Positions 1 through 13,459 of a DNA stretch of 64,000 nucleotides are shown here, piece after piece. Location: assembly GCA_964188305.1 (NCBI GenBank), contig OZ076887.1. The stretch is one strand, 5' to 3'. The DNA comes from Podarcis bocagei (Eukaryota). A model generated the notes under the pieces. The model worked only from the letters and a program-made list of their open reading frames with translations, had not been told where the DNA came from and did not search any database. The position numbers were made by a program, and so were the translations under genes. Position 1 is the first letter of the stretch. Each line of letters opens with the position of its first letter.

Positions 1-301
1 GTTAAAAAGATTTGGAAAGACATGGTGAGATGAACAGGTTCCCCTCAAAAATGCACATTAGTTCAGTCTCTTAAATGTCACTGGTTGCAATCATACAGCT
101 TTTCAGGGTCTCTTGGTTATACAGCCAGAATCCAAAGGGCTATTTTAGGCTGATCAAGGTCTTGGAAATGCCCAAAAAGAGTTCTGAACTTTATCTCTGG
201 AGAGTGGACTTTCACGCCGGGTGACAAAAGGCCTTTGAAATTCCTCTCTGTTTCAAATGCAGTTTACCATGCAGGATGGTGGCTGCTTTTGAAGGCATAT
301 A

Positions 302-511
302 CAGTGGTACCTCTGGTTACGTACTTAATTCGTTCCGGAGGTCTGTTCTTAACCTGAAACTGTTCTTAACCTGAAGCACCACTTTAGCTAATGGGGTCTC
401 CCGCTGCTGCCGTGCAATTTCTGTTCTCATCCTGAAGCAAAGTTCTTAACCCGAGGTACTATTTCTAGCGGAATCTGTAACCTGAAGTGTATGTAACCCA
501 AGGTACCAAGG
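302..511. mobile_element. Tc1/mariner-type MITE (family A), internally deleted copy
   Basis: TA|CAGTGGTACCTC left TIR and degenerate right TIR AGGTACCAAGG|TA. Interior matches the copies at 16500 and 53778. Confidence 0.85.
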
Positions 512-616
512 TAACCACATTCCCTGTCCCCCCGCAAGTGTGCCAGAATCATACACTCCCTTGGACCCTGGAAAGTTGTCTATGTGAAACAATATACTCA
601 GCCACCATTTCATTAC

Positions 617-1307
617 CTGTGAAATTTCCTTTCTTCTGGTGCTTCTGTTTCCGTTCCGTACAGTTCTCACACAAAAGTTTGTTGTTTCCCATTAAGAGCT
701 CCACATATGTAAACTGGTAGAGGCATGACTGGACTGAACATTCTTTAGAACTAGTTATGTAACATTGAGAAAGAGTCTGGAAAGCATTTTGAGGGTTTTG
801 CAGTAATGTGGGGTTCTCTGCTGAAACGTCTATGTTGTTGGACAGACTTGACAGCTGATCTCTACTGAGAGTCCCTTCAGTCTCACTGACACCACTACCC
901 AAGCAGAGGTTTGATAAGCCAGTAGTAAGTCCCTCTGTACCGCCATCACTTGATTTGTTACACTGTGATTTAATGCTTGCAGATAAATGTTTATGCTCAT
1001 CAGTGCACAAGCCAGGTGTGCTACAAGCTCTGCTGGAAGCAGTTTGCTTAGAATGACTTTCGCTTTCAGACGCCTCACTGTCTGCACCAATGCTACTTTC
1101 AGAATGACTTGCTTCTTTTTCACTGCCTTCAGTCTGACTTCCATTTGCTGCAGATTCCATTACCGAACTGCTGTCTCCTGTATATGGAACGGCAGATCTG
1201 CCTTCACCTTTAGTGTTTCTGACTTTTTTGTGCATGATAAAATGTCTTGTTTCTTCTTCAGCAGAGGAGGATTTTTTGGCAAATCTTCTTTCATGATTTT
1301 CTTGGTT
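617..1307 (-). CDS. USP45: USP45 coding exon 14 (691 nt; NQENHERR...SEKEASHSES...ECSVQSCLYQFTYVELLMGNNKLLCENC...GNFT)
   Basis: Matches recalled human USP45 (SEKEASHSES, QNAFQTLSQ, LLMGNNKLLCENC). Acceptor GACAG before 1307, donor GTAATG after 617, phase 0 to 1. The gene continues beyond base 1. Confidence 0.95.
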
Positions 1308-1529
1308 CTGTCAATTTCCACATCATTAGCAAAAGGGAAGGGAAAAAACCCAAATGTAAGTCTGTTGAAAATCCATAAAAGCATTGCACTAACTCTTAAA
1401 AGCATTTTGAAAAGATGGTTTTTTAAAAAAACAAACAGTGTTTATGCATTTGCTTTAAAATGTCTTTGGCGATGTACTCCAACCTGAAATATCCTACCTT
1501 TCTGAGACAGAAAAACCCTTTAACCTATC

Positions 1530-1660
1530 TTATGGAAACCCTACAGCCCCCTCCCAGGTGTTAAGATCAGCAGAAGGGGCTTCTTGGTAGTTCCACTACC
1601 CTCAGGAGTTTGGGTGGTGGTGGTCCTGGAGAGGGCATTCTCTATGACAGACCCCAATAT
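1530..1660 (+). mobile_element. Degenerate L2-type LINE 3' fragment
   Basis: Resembles the squamate L2 3' end (TTAAGATCAGCAGAAGGGGC...GTGGTGG...GAGGGCATTCTCT). Boundaries approximate. Confidence 0.45.
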
Positions 1661-2031
1661 CCTCGTGGATTTCCATGGTCTTTATATAAGATGACAACAA
1701 AACCAGCCACAGAAGGCACAAAGACCTACGATTTGATAATGGCTTTGAGGGGATTCCTTGCACAAATGATGATGATCCATAAGTATCTGTGCATTGGATC
1801 CATGTTTTTGCATGGCAGTGCTGGAAAGCTCTGGATCTGTGATGTTTACAGATCAGTGAACACAGACACAGCTGACCAGTTATTTGATAGGAGTTGCAGG
1901 GCAGTCCAGTTTCCTTTCCCCAAATAACTCGCCTACCCCCATGCCCTTCTCAGTTACTCCACCTTCTGGTTAAGCTACTCAGGTACAGATGAGCTCTGAA
2001 AAGTATATAGAGCTGAAAGATGTAGTGCCTA

Positions 2032-2387
2032 AAGGTAAAGGTAAAGGGACCCCTGACCATTAGGTCCAGTCGTGGCCGACTCTGGGGTTGCAGCGCTCAT
2101 CTCGCTTTATTGGCCGAGGGAGCCAGCGTACAGCTTCCGGGTCATGTGGCCAGCATGACTAAGCCGCTTCTGGCGAACCAGAGCAGCGCACGGAAACACC
2201 GTTTACATTCCCGCTGGAGCAGTACCTATTTATCTACTTGCACTTTGACGTGCTTTCGAACTGCTAGGTTGGCAGGTGCCGGGACCGAGCAACGGGAGCT
2301 CACCCCGTCGCGGGGATTTGAACCGCCAACCTTCTGATCGGCAAGTCCTAGGCTCTGTGTTTTAACCCACAGCGCCACCCGCGTCCC
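2032..2387 (-). mobile_element. Sauria SINE (POM/Squam1-type), full length
   Basis: tRNA-like head on the minus strand (GGGACGCGGGTGGCGCTGTGGG...GGTTCAAATCC), (ACCTTT)n tail, and 10-bp TSD GTAGTGCCTA at 2022-2031 and 2391-2400. Confidence 0.93.
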
Positions 2388-3712
2388 TAGGTAGTGCCTA
2401 GGATATCTTAAATTAAATGCATTAATTTAGTATTGCAAACAAAAATATTTAATTACTAACTAAACTTAAAGCTTAAATTCAATTTTTGATTCCATGCAAT
2501 TCAAACTTAGATTCCATCTGTAATAAAATCTCTTACGCTTTCAAAATCAATTTATCTTAAGGGCTTGTAAAACTTCTGCAATAAATAAAGAAAAAACAGT
2601 GGCAGCTCATTCCTCTCTTGACTCCAATTCTACAATATTTCATGGATGGGTTATTCTTAACATAAAGCTATTTTGGCTGGTTTGAGCAGTAAGTGGGATA
2701 TGAAAGCATAAAAAAATGAACGTGTACAACTTAAGTAAAACTGAAAGTGTTTAAAAATCCCTCTTGAGAACTATATGAACACTATTATACATTTATCAAC
2801 ACTACAAAGTTTAACTTTGATTAACAAAAGCAGCATTAGGCTCAGCAAAAAGGATTTAAAAGCCTGCCTTCCAATGAAGTGTTGGTTTTTTTCCAAATGC
2901 CCTTGGATATTCAGATATAGCTGGGCTTTCTGTCATCCTTGGCTAAGGAAAGAGGATCCCAACACATGGTGTTTGGAATTGGCAGTGCCCTATCTCAAAA
3001 TAAATTTTCTAGTAAATATAAAGATGGTAAATATCCCTTAGGTGATAGTCCTAAATTACCTCAGCTGGAACTAAAGTCCACTGAATTCAACCAGGCACAC
3101 ATACAGGTTTATGTTTATATGACCAAGGGAACCAAGAAAGCTTTCCACTAGCAACAAGGAACTTTCTAAATGAAAAGTGAACCATTTAACTATAGAGTGT
3201 AAAGACCTCTTTAGGTCATTTACACACTCCTCCTCAGATGTGTTTCTCTTTATTTTAATTCAGACTTTGAATTCTAAAATTAATCAGCCTCTAGACCCTA
3301 TTAGAATTTTCCCAACTTGCTGTATTATTATGGGCAAGTCACTCATCTAAAAATGGGAACGGCTTCCATTAATTTCCATGGCTCAAAGCTTATACTCTTA
3401 AAGCCTTTCTAAACAATCAGGAGGAAGGGAATTGCACTTTATTTGCATGGGATCCAAAATACCCTTCCTTACCGAAGCACTTGTATTGGCTGCATCACAT
3501 TTTCCTAGTGCTCAAATCACAGCCTATGTTGCTCATCTCCCAGCAAGCAAGGTCTTTGGATTGAAAATTATGCCAGGAATGTGGCTGAGCAAGTTTCATG
3601 GGCCACCAACAGGCCATCATCATTTCAGGAAATGGAAGAGTCCAAGCCTGTACCCCAGAGTAGGGAACCCACTACCAATACCTGCAGGCTCCTGATCCTG
3701 ATATACTCATCC

Positions 3713-3714
<2 letters not shown>

Positions 3715-3744
<30 letters not shown>
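3715..3744. repeat. (GCT)10 trinucleotide microsatellite, USP45 intron 13
   Basis: Read directly from the sequence. Confidence 0.95.
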
Positions 3745-3745
<1 letters not shown>

Positions 3746-5691
3746 CTTTATCCGCCCTCTTGAAAGGAACAAGCAAGGAGAAGGAGCAGAAACCCAGCAT
3801 GCCTCACTGATTATCTTAGAGGACTGGGCCAGTGGGAGAGGTAAGCAAGTGAGAAACAACAGCAAGATGGAGGGCCAGCTCATGCAGTATCTTGCCTCAA
3901 AGTACCAAAAAGCAGCACTTGGTACTATCAGTGACTTACTGATACTGCTGATGACATACTTGATCACCCCATCCCATGTCTGAGACTGCACAAAAGAGAC
4001 TTGCATGAAAGTTGAAACTGACTGCTTTCCCGCAGGCAAACTATTGGGGGTGGGGCAAAACTCACAGTTTTTACAATTATTCAATTCCTATTGAGGGATT
4101 TCCCAAATAGCCCCTGAAATTTAGTTCCCTGTATTGCTAGCTCTGGATTCCTCCACATACAGTCTGAGCATTCCCACTTGTCTTGCCTTTTAAAAATAAG
4201 AAGGGGGGAAGGGAACACAGCACAACTATTATTCTCCATGCATTGTACATGGCCTCAATTTCTCACTGCTACCTCTGGATCAATATGGATTTATTCTCCC
4301 AAAGATTAAAACATAGCAGGGGCAGACTGTGGACTGATGGTCTCGCCACAATTCTTTTAGTGATCTTTGCCACTATACAAGTGGTAGAATGTTTGAAGGA
4401 AGCCTTGTGGTCCAGTTTCTGAGACTGGAAAAATAAAAAAAGCATCTCCTAATTCCAGACTCCATTAAAAAAGAGGGGGAGAGTTTCTACAAATTTGCAT
4501 GACTGCACACAAAGAGATGCGAAGTAGAAGATTTTGTGCTAAGAGCAAATGTATCAAAATCTGAAACAGACAACAAACATAAAAATCATAGCATTTGTCT
4601 GTATATGGTAGTGGGGCGGGGGAGGGAGGGAGAGATGGAGGGGGGAAAGAGAGAGAACACAAATAATGGAAGGGAATGGAAAAATAAAAAGCATAAATAG
4701 CCATTGAAACCTTAATGCCATCCAAAGAGAAATAAGTAGGTTTTTAGATTTTCAGCAATAGTATTTTTAAAGTCAGTGGATTAAAAGAACGACTAGGAGA
4801 TGGGAAATTCTGCCAGACTGCCTTAGAGGCCTCACGCTTACCACTCAGCTGTTAAGCAAAACATTTTTTCATCTGTCAAATGCTGAAGGATATAGGTTAA
4901 AATTTTAAATGAAAAATGGTCTGAAGTATTCTATTTTCAATAAATGATCTAAACATAAAAGCTTTCCTTGTAAAATAATCTACAGTAGAATATTTGCAGC
5001 AAAAAATATCAGCATCTCACATTGTATTAGCACATCATATCTGCAGCATGCTGTGCCACCATCAGGAAGAACCATGTTAAGAGGCTGAACTATGGTTCAT
5101 AGGCCCTTGGGCCACTGGAGGCCAAGCACATCATGGAAGCCATGTTCCAAGTCTCCTGGGAGACTGTGTTGGCTGCACTTCTCATATAGTACACCCTGCC
5201 AACTGATCCACCAAATGGCATGAAGGCTGACTTGTCTGCTCTCTTGGCCAGCCCTGCACTGCTTGCAATTGCAGCCAGAAGCAAACTTGGACAACACTAG
5301 AGGAAAGCAGGGAGGAGGGCACAGAGTGTGGAGAATGAATTTGAAAAGTAGCTTTTTAAATTTTATTTTATTTTATTTTATTTTATGAAAGAAAGATCAT
5401 TTTTAAACCTATCATTTTTTTTTAATCACCTACAGACACACACACATACAATATTTATAGGTGTGGGTGTGAATATATCACACACTTTTAAGTTTCATAA
5501 ATACAGTACTTTAAAATGTATTAACACCACATCATGAGTATTAGGTGTACATATATAAAAAAATCTGTAATACAGTGCCGTAGATTAAAAGAGATTCAAA
5601 CCAAATTTGCAGCTACTGCAAATTTCCATAAAAATGTGATTTGTTATACAACTAGTTGAACTACAGATCAGCAATGCTGTTGCATTCTTAC

Positions 5692-5835
5692 CTTATCTTT
5701 TGTTAACAAATGTTTTCTAGACAATTTAGATTGTTGATTATTCAGAGCAGTAACAGAAGAACAGTTGTACTCAACATCCGCTTCTTGGATATGTTTACCT
5801 CTGCTTGTCCTCCCAAAAGGAACAGGTTTTGAGAT
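5692..5835 (-). CDS. USP45: USP45 coding exon 13 (144 nt; ISKPVPFGRTSRGK...KHLLTKDK)
   Basis: TTCCAG acceptor, GTAAGA donor, phase 0/0. Aligns with recalled human VSKPLLWGR...KHSSSKDK. Confidence 0.92.
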
Positions 5836-6184
5836 CTGGAAAATACATGTGGTTATTCAAGGTAAAACATACAATCTCCTATATAAAAAAAATCTTTCCC
5901 TCCTACCTTTTCCAAACAAGGTAGTGCTGGCTTATATCAATATGCAGAGGGTAAATTAGACATTTGACACTTTAAAATATATATATCTGGTTAGTTTACT
6001 GGTCAAGTACTAATCATATTGTGTAAAATAATATTAATGTGTTTAAAAATTTAATTAGATTGTGTTAATAATTACAAAGACATGTATCTTCTAGAAAACT
6101 TCACAAAATTACTGCTTCCAGAAACTTGAGAGAGTAGCATAGGTCAAGGCTTTCCTTTGAAAAATCAAATACAATGGGCTAAAT

Positions 6185-6309
6185 CAGCCCTTTCCAAACT
6201 CAGGTCCCTAGATGTTGTTGGTATACAGCCCACATCAACCCCAACCATCAGCCATGTTTGAAGGGAATAATGGAGGTTGCATCTGGGCACCCAAGGCTAC
6301 AGAAGGCTG
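6185..6309. mobile_element. Palindromic hAT-type MITE, degenerate
   Basis: CAGCCCTTTCC...AGAAGGCTG ends. Same family as 40297-40432. Confidence 0.55.
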
Positions 6310-6341
6310 GGCACTTGCAATCTATGCAGGGTTGCTCCTTC

Positions 6342-6523
6342 AGGAAGTCCAGAAGCTGCCTTCTGTCAGGCTACTGTTTCATCTTGCTCAGTATTGTCCT
6401 ACAGTAACTAGCAGTGACTTTCCAGGTTTTCAAATTGGGTTTTCTATGTAGATGCAGGGATTGAACCTGGGACCTTCTACATGCAAAGCACATGCTCTGC
6501 TAACAGAGCTGCAGCCCTTCTCC
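6342..6523 (-). mobile_element. Squam3-like tRNA-derived SINE, degenerate
   Basis: Minus strand reads GGAGAAGGGCTGCAGCTC...AGAGCATGTGCTTTGCATGTAGAAGGTCCCAGGTTCAATCCCTGCATC...GGCAGCTTCT. Confidence 0.75.
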
Positions 6524-6823
6524 ATGAGCTATGGCCCTGCCCTCAAATGTTCCAGCAACTGTAGCTAAGTGTCTATGAACAGCTGTAGAGTTTCCAAACA
6601 GAAATCAAGTAGTTATAAAATGTCCCTGAGCATTTTCAGAGCACATTCATCTATTTTAAATTCATTTGGGTATTTTATACCCTGCTTTTAGGATTAAAAT
6701 TTCTCAAAGAACTAATGTCTGTCTCACCATTAGGCTGACTACCTAGGGTGGCTGCAGCGTGAGAGGTATAAATCAGCGGTAACTTAGGAGGCTGTCCGAA
6801 GTAGGGGAAGAAGCTCAATAAAC

Positions 6824-6969
6824 CAGGGTTAGGGAACTTGTGATGGCCCTCCCCCAGCTGTTGTTGGACTCCTAACTACCATCAGCTTTGAGCAGCAGGG
6901 CAAATGGTCAGAAAAGGAAAGAGTTTGAGTCCAGCGACAGTTGGGATCTCCACCAGTTCTCCATCCCTG
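6824..6969. mobile_element. Palindromic hAT-type MITE, degenerate
   Basis: CAGGGTTAGGGAAC...GTTCTCCATCCCTG TIRs and partial 8-bp TSD (CAATAAAC/CAATATGT). Confidence 0.65.
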
Positions 6970-8440
6970 CAATATGTGAAGTCTAAGTGTTCCCTACAAA
7001 ATGGCGACATCATTGCCTTATTAAGGAGGGCATGCATTTGCACATACATATTCATTACATACAAGTGGTCAAACATGTAGGAAATTGACCAGCTTTCCAA
7101 CTCCAGAACAAATATAAAAAGTATAAAATTGCTTGAAAAAGGAGACACGCACAAAAAAGACACAACCCACAAGTAAAAGATCCTGCAAGCTGAATGTAGA
7201 GATTTAGCCAACTCCACCTAGCTTTCTTCACTGCACCTTCCATAGTCATTACATGCTGGTTTCTCTGTTGAGAGATACTGCTTGCTAATCTATTTTACAT
7301 AGCAGGGTCCTAGGGTTTTAAACTCCCCCCTCCACCTGATTGACTGGCCAAGTACCGCATGCTTCAAGGCATATCCTTCCTTTCTTTTCTATTGGTGACC
7401 GGTTAAAGTAATACAGTACAGCTGAAAGTTTGTACTCACATATGCTTGTTTTAAAAAATTTCAATTCACAGAAAAATGTGGTATATCTGTACATGCATAT
7501 GGGCTATCCAGTCCAAATCAGTAGCACTGGCCTAAGGAGATCATATGATGCAGAAAAGCAAAAGAACTTCAACTCTACAGGTTATACTCAAACATCTGAC
7601 AAGGCTGGGCCTGTACAGAATACAAACTTCATTTATTTGCTCATTTCAAAGTCGTGAGGCTGCTTAGATAACCAGCTGTGGACTGCATCCATTAGAAATA
7701 GCTCTTTTCCCACAACAGTGATTCTTACCCATCCCCAATAATGCTACTTGTTAAAAATACCTGATTGCCTGAAGAAGTTCACCCTTCATGGGTCAACACT
7801 GAGTAATTTAGGTCATTTATTTTAAATATAACCAATGTGGCTGAGCAGATTCCTTCTCCCCCACCTGTCCACCCTTCAAATACCAAAGACTGTGAAGGTG
7901 CTTATACTTAATGAGGAAAACACCTCTTTCCATAAGACACTTCAGTTACACTGCATGTTTTCACTGTGAATAACTGATTCATAGCAGAGAAAATGCTAAT
8001 AACTACTTGCCAAGTACGGTAGCACATCAAGTTAATGCTTATACTGCTCACCTTTTATATCAGACAAGATCAGTTGTATGCTTCTGGTATAAAACTAGTA
8101 TCATACAGGCAAAGGGAAATGGCTAGATAATAAATGTGTTTGAATTTATTAATCTTACGTAAGAGTCCCAATTCAGGAAGGGCAATCCACACACATTAAA
8201 AAGGCTCCAGGCATGATTTTTTTTTAAAAAAAATAAAAAATCTGAGTGTCACCCCTTTGGGTCAGTGCAGATGGTCAAGTTCAGTTTGGCAATGCCAATA
8301 TCTAAGGTAGGGTATGGAGAGACTGAATCCTGGCAATGTAATGTTTTGGCTGCTCCAACATCAAGTCAGTGATCCGCAAATACAGCAGCATGATGCTAAT
8401 GTAGCAATTGTAGCTATTTATTAAAGAAGTTGTTTCTTAC

Positions 8441-8497
8441 CCTCTCTTCTATTATAGGAAGTGAAAGATCAATGAAAGGTTCCTTTACTGTGGAAAT
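8441..8497 (-). CDS. USP45: USP45 coding exon 12 (57 nt; ISTVKEPFIDLSLPIIEER)
   Basis: USP 'PFxDLSLP' motif with AG/GTAAGA boundaries, phase 0/0. Confidence 0.96.
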
Positions 8498-10607
8498 CTT
8501 AGAAGAAAGTAAAAGAAGAAATATATCAAAGTGGAGTATGCATCATTTCTGGTTTCCATCATGCATTAGAATCTATAAACAATATCTATAAACAATAAAC
8601 AAAATTATGTTGTGAACCACCCTGCGATCTTCAGATGAAGGGTGGTAAACAAATTTAATAAAAAATAAAAAAAATAATAATATCTGCCTAATTCAAAAAT
8701 ATTACACACATTAAGGTTTCTTTATGTAGTGAAGAACTTCACGATACTGTTTAAGAATTGAAGTGACTGTGATTTCATTTTGGTTGTGTTGTTGTTTTTA
8801 AAAAAAAGCAAAACAGAAGTATGAACACTATGTCAAAATCTAGAAATAGGCATAGATTTCATTCGCAACAGAACATTTTGTCTTTTAGAACTTAATTTCA
8901 ATACTATCAGCTCATTATTAGAGGCTAAATTTAGGCACAGAAATCTAAACATGTTTAGTTTTTTGCTGTTTTACACCGACTTTAACATGCTCCCCTTTCT
9001 CTTAACCACTAGCATCACTTTAGGCTTCAGCAACACAAGAACTCTGGCAATGGGCCTATACTAATAAGCAGAGGCAGCAAAATGCCCCACTTAGAGACTC
9101 CACTGGAAACCCACACATTAACATTTAAAGGTGGGTCATGTTTCTTTCAAAGTTGAACTTTGAGAGACACTGATGAAGTCTTTCCAGATACTAGGAGAGG
9201 AAGGGGGGGAAAAATATTTTTTCAAGTCCAGCTACTACTGTATCAATGTGGTGCCTGCCAGCAGGATTCTAGCCTTGTTTCCTATGGACAGGGACTCTCC
9301 ATGTCCAAAAAAGCAAGCCAACTTTTGCAGTTCAGGGCACCGGTTTCCAGCGACTAGTCCCTGCCAATGCTGGCAAGGGAATACGAGTTGGAAACTTGTT
9401 TACCAGGGCTGTAGATAGCTCATGCCTGACACCAGCATGAGCAGGATTGCAAGGATGAGGCCACAATGATACAGAACAGTTAATCTTTCTGGCACCCCAA
9501 TCCTAGCCATATGCATGGATCTAGCTGCTTGCAAAGGCTTTGGCTCAATGACATGTTTTCTGACATTTTGCTTATGAAGTATTCAACATGCACCACACTC
9601 GGTAATTTCCTGGTACAGCAAGTCTTAAGGATGTATTTCCCTCAGTGGTTTTTCCCAGGAGGTATCTTGGGAACAAATGGTTCACACAGTTGTTGCAAGA
9701 TGGTAAATCCCACATTTAAGAACAATTTGCCCCCCCCCCCCGGGACATTCTGATCTACATTGTGAGGAACACTGCCCTCTTTCAAGGTAGCAAATCTGGC
9801 TCCAGTATTTCCATTTACGCAACTGTTCAGCATCATCACCATGTCAGTAGACAACATCATGAGTAAAGATCTCAATATGCCACTTCGATGCCACAGACTG
9901 CAGGGCTTATTCAGGAAAAAATTATTATACTGCTTTTTGATGGTGCAGCATAATAATACTCTAAAACAGGTGTGGCTAACTGTTTTTTACTTGAAAGCTG
10001 ACCAAAGTCACTACTGACCAACCCTTCAGGGTCCACATGACAGTGCTAAGTGTGGCCATTCCACACATAGGGGCAAACAGCTCCCCCCCTTCTCAGAAAA
10101 TCCATGCAGATCAGCTAATTTCAGATGTTTGAGCTTATGACTGAGAAGGTGGAGATTTGGATTCCCATGGGGTGCTGAGATCTGCTCACCTCAGAGCTAT
10201 CTCTACTTTGAAGTGTGTAGAATAATTTTTTTGGCCAGAGCTGCAAATTCTGAGGTCTTGAAGAGCAAAGAAACTGGCTTGGGGTGGTTGGATCAGCTCA
10301 CCAAACTGGGGGTTAGCTGCTCTAGAAAGAGGAGGAGTGTCATGGAATGATTAAAATTGTCCCTTGTTATGCTGGAGTGGAACTGGGTGGTGTGAACAAG
10401 TTTGTGGGGCAGGGCTAAAGGCTACAGAAAGATTTAAGTCTTTCAATGATGTACTGTATTTAGATTGATATTATAAAACAACAAGTCTACTGAAAGTTAT
10501 AATGGAATTGCCATACTGGAGAATATCTCATATTTGCTAAAATATGAAAGCCAATATATTGTCAGCTGGTAGAACTATATAAGGCTGCTGAACAACTGTC
10601 TGTCTAC

Positions 10608-10633
10608 CTGTCTGTCTGTCTGTCTGTCTGTCT
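10608..10633. repeat. (TCTG)n tetranucleotide microsatellite
   Basis: Read directly from the sequence. Confidence 0.9.
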
Positions 10634-11487
10634 ACCTATCACCCAGAGCCAGCCTCAGGGATCAGCATTGTTGGGCAACAACTGAGGCCTATGGCCTAGC
10701 GGGGGCCCTCTGCCAATCCCTGGAATCTCTTGGCTCTCCTGTTGCTTCCTATTTAACTGCTCTTGAATCAAAAGGAAAATTAGGGAAGCTAGAAGGACTT
10801 GCATACCTTCCCCACCCAACACACACACTCTCTTTCTTGAAATTGGTGGAAACAATCCGGAGGGAGGAATGAACAGGTAGCGGAAATAGTAGCAAGGAGG
10901 TAGGTATGCCCAGTTAGGGAAAAGGGCCCACTGAAAGAATTTTGTCAAAAGACCTCACCACAAAAAAAACCCCAAACCACCCCCATTTATAACTGGCACT
11001 ACTAACAGCTTCTGGGATATTAGTATTTTCTGTAGATGGAATTTTTAGTTCCATGCTGTGCATGAGGAACTAGCTAAGGAACCCTGAAGAACCTATAGGT
11101 CTTTGATGATAATGTGACAAACCTGCAGAAGGGCTGAGAAGAACATCTAGTTTTTCTTCAAGCAAGGAAGCAGCTACATGGCAGCTAGAGGGATATGTTA
11201 TACTTAATGCATAATTAGTTTTTGATCTTACTTTCATTACAGTATTAGAATTCAGATCTCCAACCTAAAATTATCCAGGTGATCAGGGTTGTTGTTGTTT
11301 TTTATGAAACTCCCTTCTCTATATGAAAGTGAAATTTAAAGGGTTGCACTTTGAAATAATCTGTTTTCTAATATACTATTGCAAGACATTGATAAAACAG
11401 ACAGTACAGAAGTTAATCAAAAAACACAGTACATTGACATCATTAAGTGATCTTTTACTTTAACAAATCAAATTCCAGAATACCTAC

Positions 11488-11579
11488 ATTTTCACATTCC
11501 TCACACATGATAGTGCTAGTCAATTCACCAACAAAGATCCTATCTATGAAGTTCATCTTCACACCCTCTCTTCCATATG
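11488..11579 (-). CDS. USP45: USP45 coding exon 11 (92 nt; AYGREGVKMNFIDRIFVGELTSTIMCEECEN)
   Basis: Near identical to recalled human sequence. TTGCAG/GTAGGT boundaries, phase 1/0. Confidence 0.97.
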
Positions 11580-12784
11580 CTGCAAAAACATTACCCTTTT
11601 TAAAGGAGGAAACACATACATCCATTCTAAAAACAATTCATTCTAGGATTTTCTTCTGAAAACAATTAGTGCATTGTAAGTAAACATCTGCAATACTATC
11701 AACACAGAAACGTTTCCATTCAGCAGTACTTAATACAGTTTTTGAGAGTGATAAAACATTTAGTTTTGATTTCTGTTTCAGATAGGTAACAGCATGTATT
11801 TCAAAACGAGGGATTAAAATGCAAAATATGACTATACCTACCCATATACCAGTACTCTTACATAGTGAACATTTTATTATGCTATACAAAGCATCAACAG
11901 CACTTGAGAGTGATCCCACTATGTTTTTCCTCCTTGAGTAGTCTGCCTTAAGTATTAAAGAACTAACATTTAAGGCAGACTCCTTTGCGGGGCAGGGAAA
12001 GGAACTTTTGGTTTTCGTATTCAAAGCAAGACTCCATAGTAACTTGTAATAAGATATCCAAAACAAATACTTTAACATAAATCATAATGCTTGTGTTTTA
12101 AATTCATAGATAAAAATATATTCCAGCTCATGTTTTTCGTATGTGTGCTTTGATATTTTGACTTATGCAGCTGTTAAGGCAGTCCTCCTGGTTTTGCCTG
12201 AACTTGCTTCCCAGTAAATGTGGAATGTGGCCGTATAAGGTTACAGCCTTATATCTCTGTCTTACAGGGTAATTTATGGACAGCTTAATGCCACAGTTTC
12301 TAAGTGGTGATTTGCCTTGAACTAGACTTCATAGACTCATCCTCCAAGGGCTGAGAAAAAGGGGAGGGTGTTTTCCATTCCTTACTCCTCTAGCCTTCCC
12401 CAAATTGAATCCTCAACTTAATTAGAATATGTATACTTGAGTAGAGGGCAGCGAGCAGGACTTCCTGACCCACTTAAAATTCTAGCTTCTCCATATATTT
12501 TTTTTTACAGAGGGCTAAAGACAGAAGACAACCTAGCTATGTGAATCAGAGAATCAGGTTAAAAGTGTAGAACAAAATGATCAATGGGAGTGTTTTGCAT
12601 GCGCACTAGATGGCACCAGAATAATAGGCACAAGCCCTGAAAAAGCCACACGGAACCTCCAGTGTGATTCATTTGAATGAAATTATATATTCATGAATAC
12701 AATATTTCATAGTCAATTCATTTGCAAAAGCAAACTCAAACCAGACTCTGTGCAAGTTAACACAATGGCACATTTACTAAATAC

Positions 12785-12866
12785 CTTTGACTTTCCTTTT
12801 CGTCTCTTCATCTGCAGTTTTAGTTGTTGGATTATTGAATGCTTTTAAGATTGCAGCTTGTATGCG
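12785..12866 (-). CDS. USP45: USP45 coding exon 10 (82 nt; RIQAAILKAFNNPTTKTADEETKRKVK)
   Basis: TTACAG/GTATTT boundaries, phase 0/1. Confidence 0.97.
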
Positions 12867-13322
12867 CTGTAAGAAACATTCAGCACATATTTTGTCAAAA
12901 GTTCAAACTTGCAAGGACAGTGAAATATATTAAACGGAACAAACAACAACAAATAAGAAGAACACTTGACAATACTGTCAAAAATATGTAGCCTCTTACA
13001 TTTTATACATTGCCAGTAAATTTGAAACTTAAATTGCTAATATTAAAGGTATCCATCAGCTGCCCCACTTCAAAGATAACTATGTTTCTTCAGGCAAGTA
13101 GCAAACTGATTACACAATTGTAGAATGATTATCTTTTTCCCCCTCTAAAAAAGCCATGGGAGAAACCCTGAAATGCCTAGAAGACAACAAAATTGCCGCC
13201 CTAATTTAATTGTTTTAATGGAAAAAATGCAGCTGTATTTACTGAGCCAGCTTTCTAACATACAGGACAATGACAAAAGTAATTAAAGTCAACCCGGTAT
13301 CTTGGTGATGGGGTATTTGTTA

Positions 13323-13459
13323 CAGGGCTCAGAACCTGTGGCTCACCAGATGTTGTTGACCTACAACTCTCATCATTCCTGACCACTGGCCATGCTGGCT
13401 GGTAGCAAAGGGAGTTGTAGTTCAGCAGCAGCTGGAGGGCTACCAGTTCCCTGCGCCTG
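13323..13459. mobile_element. Palindromic hAT-type MITE, degenerate
   Basis: CAGG...CCTG ends with inverted internal motifs (CCAGATGTTGTTGACCTACAACTC / GAGTTGTAGTTCAGCAGCAGCTGG). Confidence 0.65.

Noticed and set aside
549-616. C-terminal tail (NEMVAEYIVSHRQLSRVQGSV) of ORF 549-1235
   Set aside because: Intron read-through past the GTAATG donor after 617.
3707-4084. 125-aa ORF ending in polyQ
   Set aside because: The polyQ is just the intronic (GCT)10 microsatellite; no recognisable domain or fitting splice sites.
9420-9910. Possible processed pseudogene or coding remnant
   Set aside because: The frames I examined show no recognisable protein motif, poly(A) tail or TSD.
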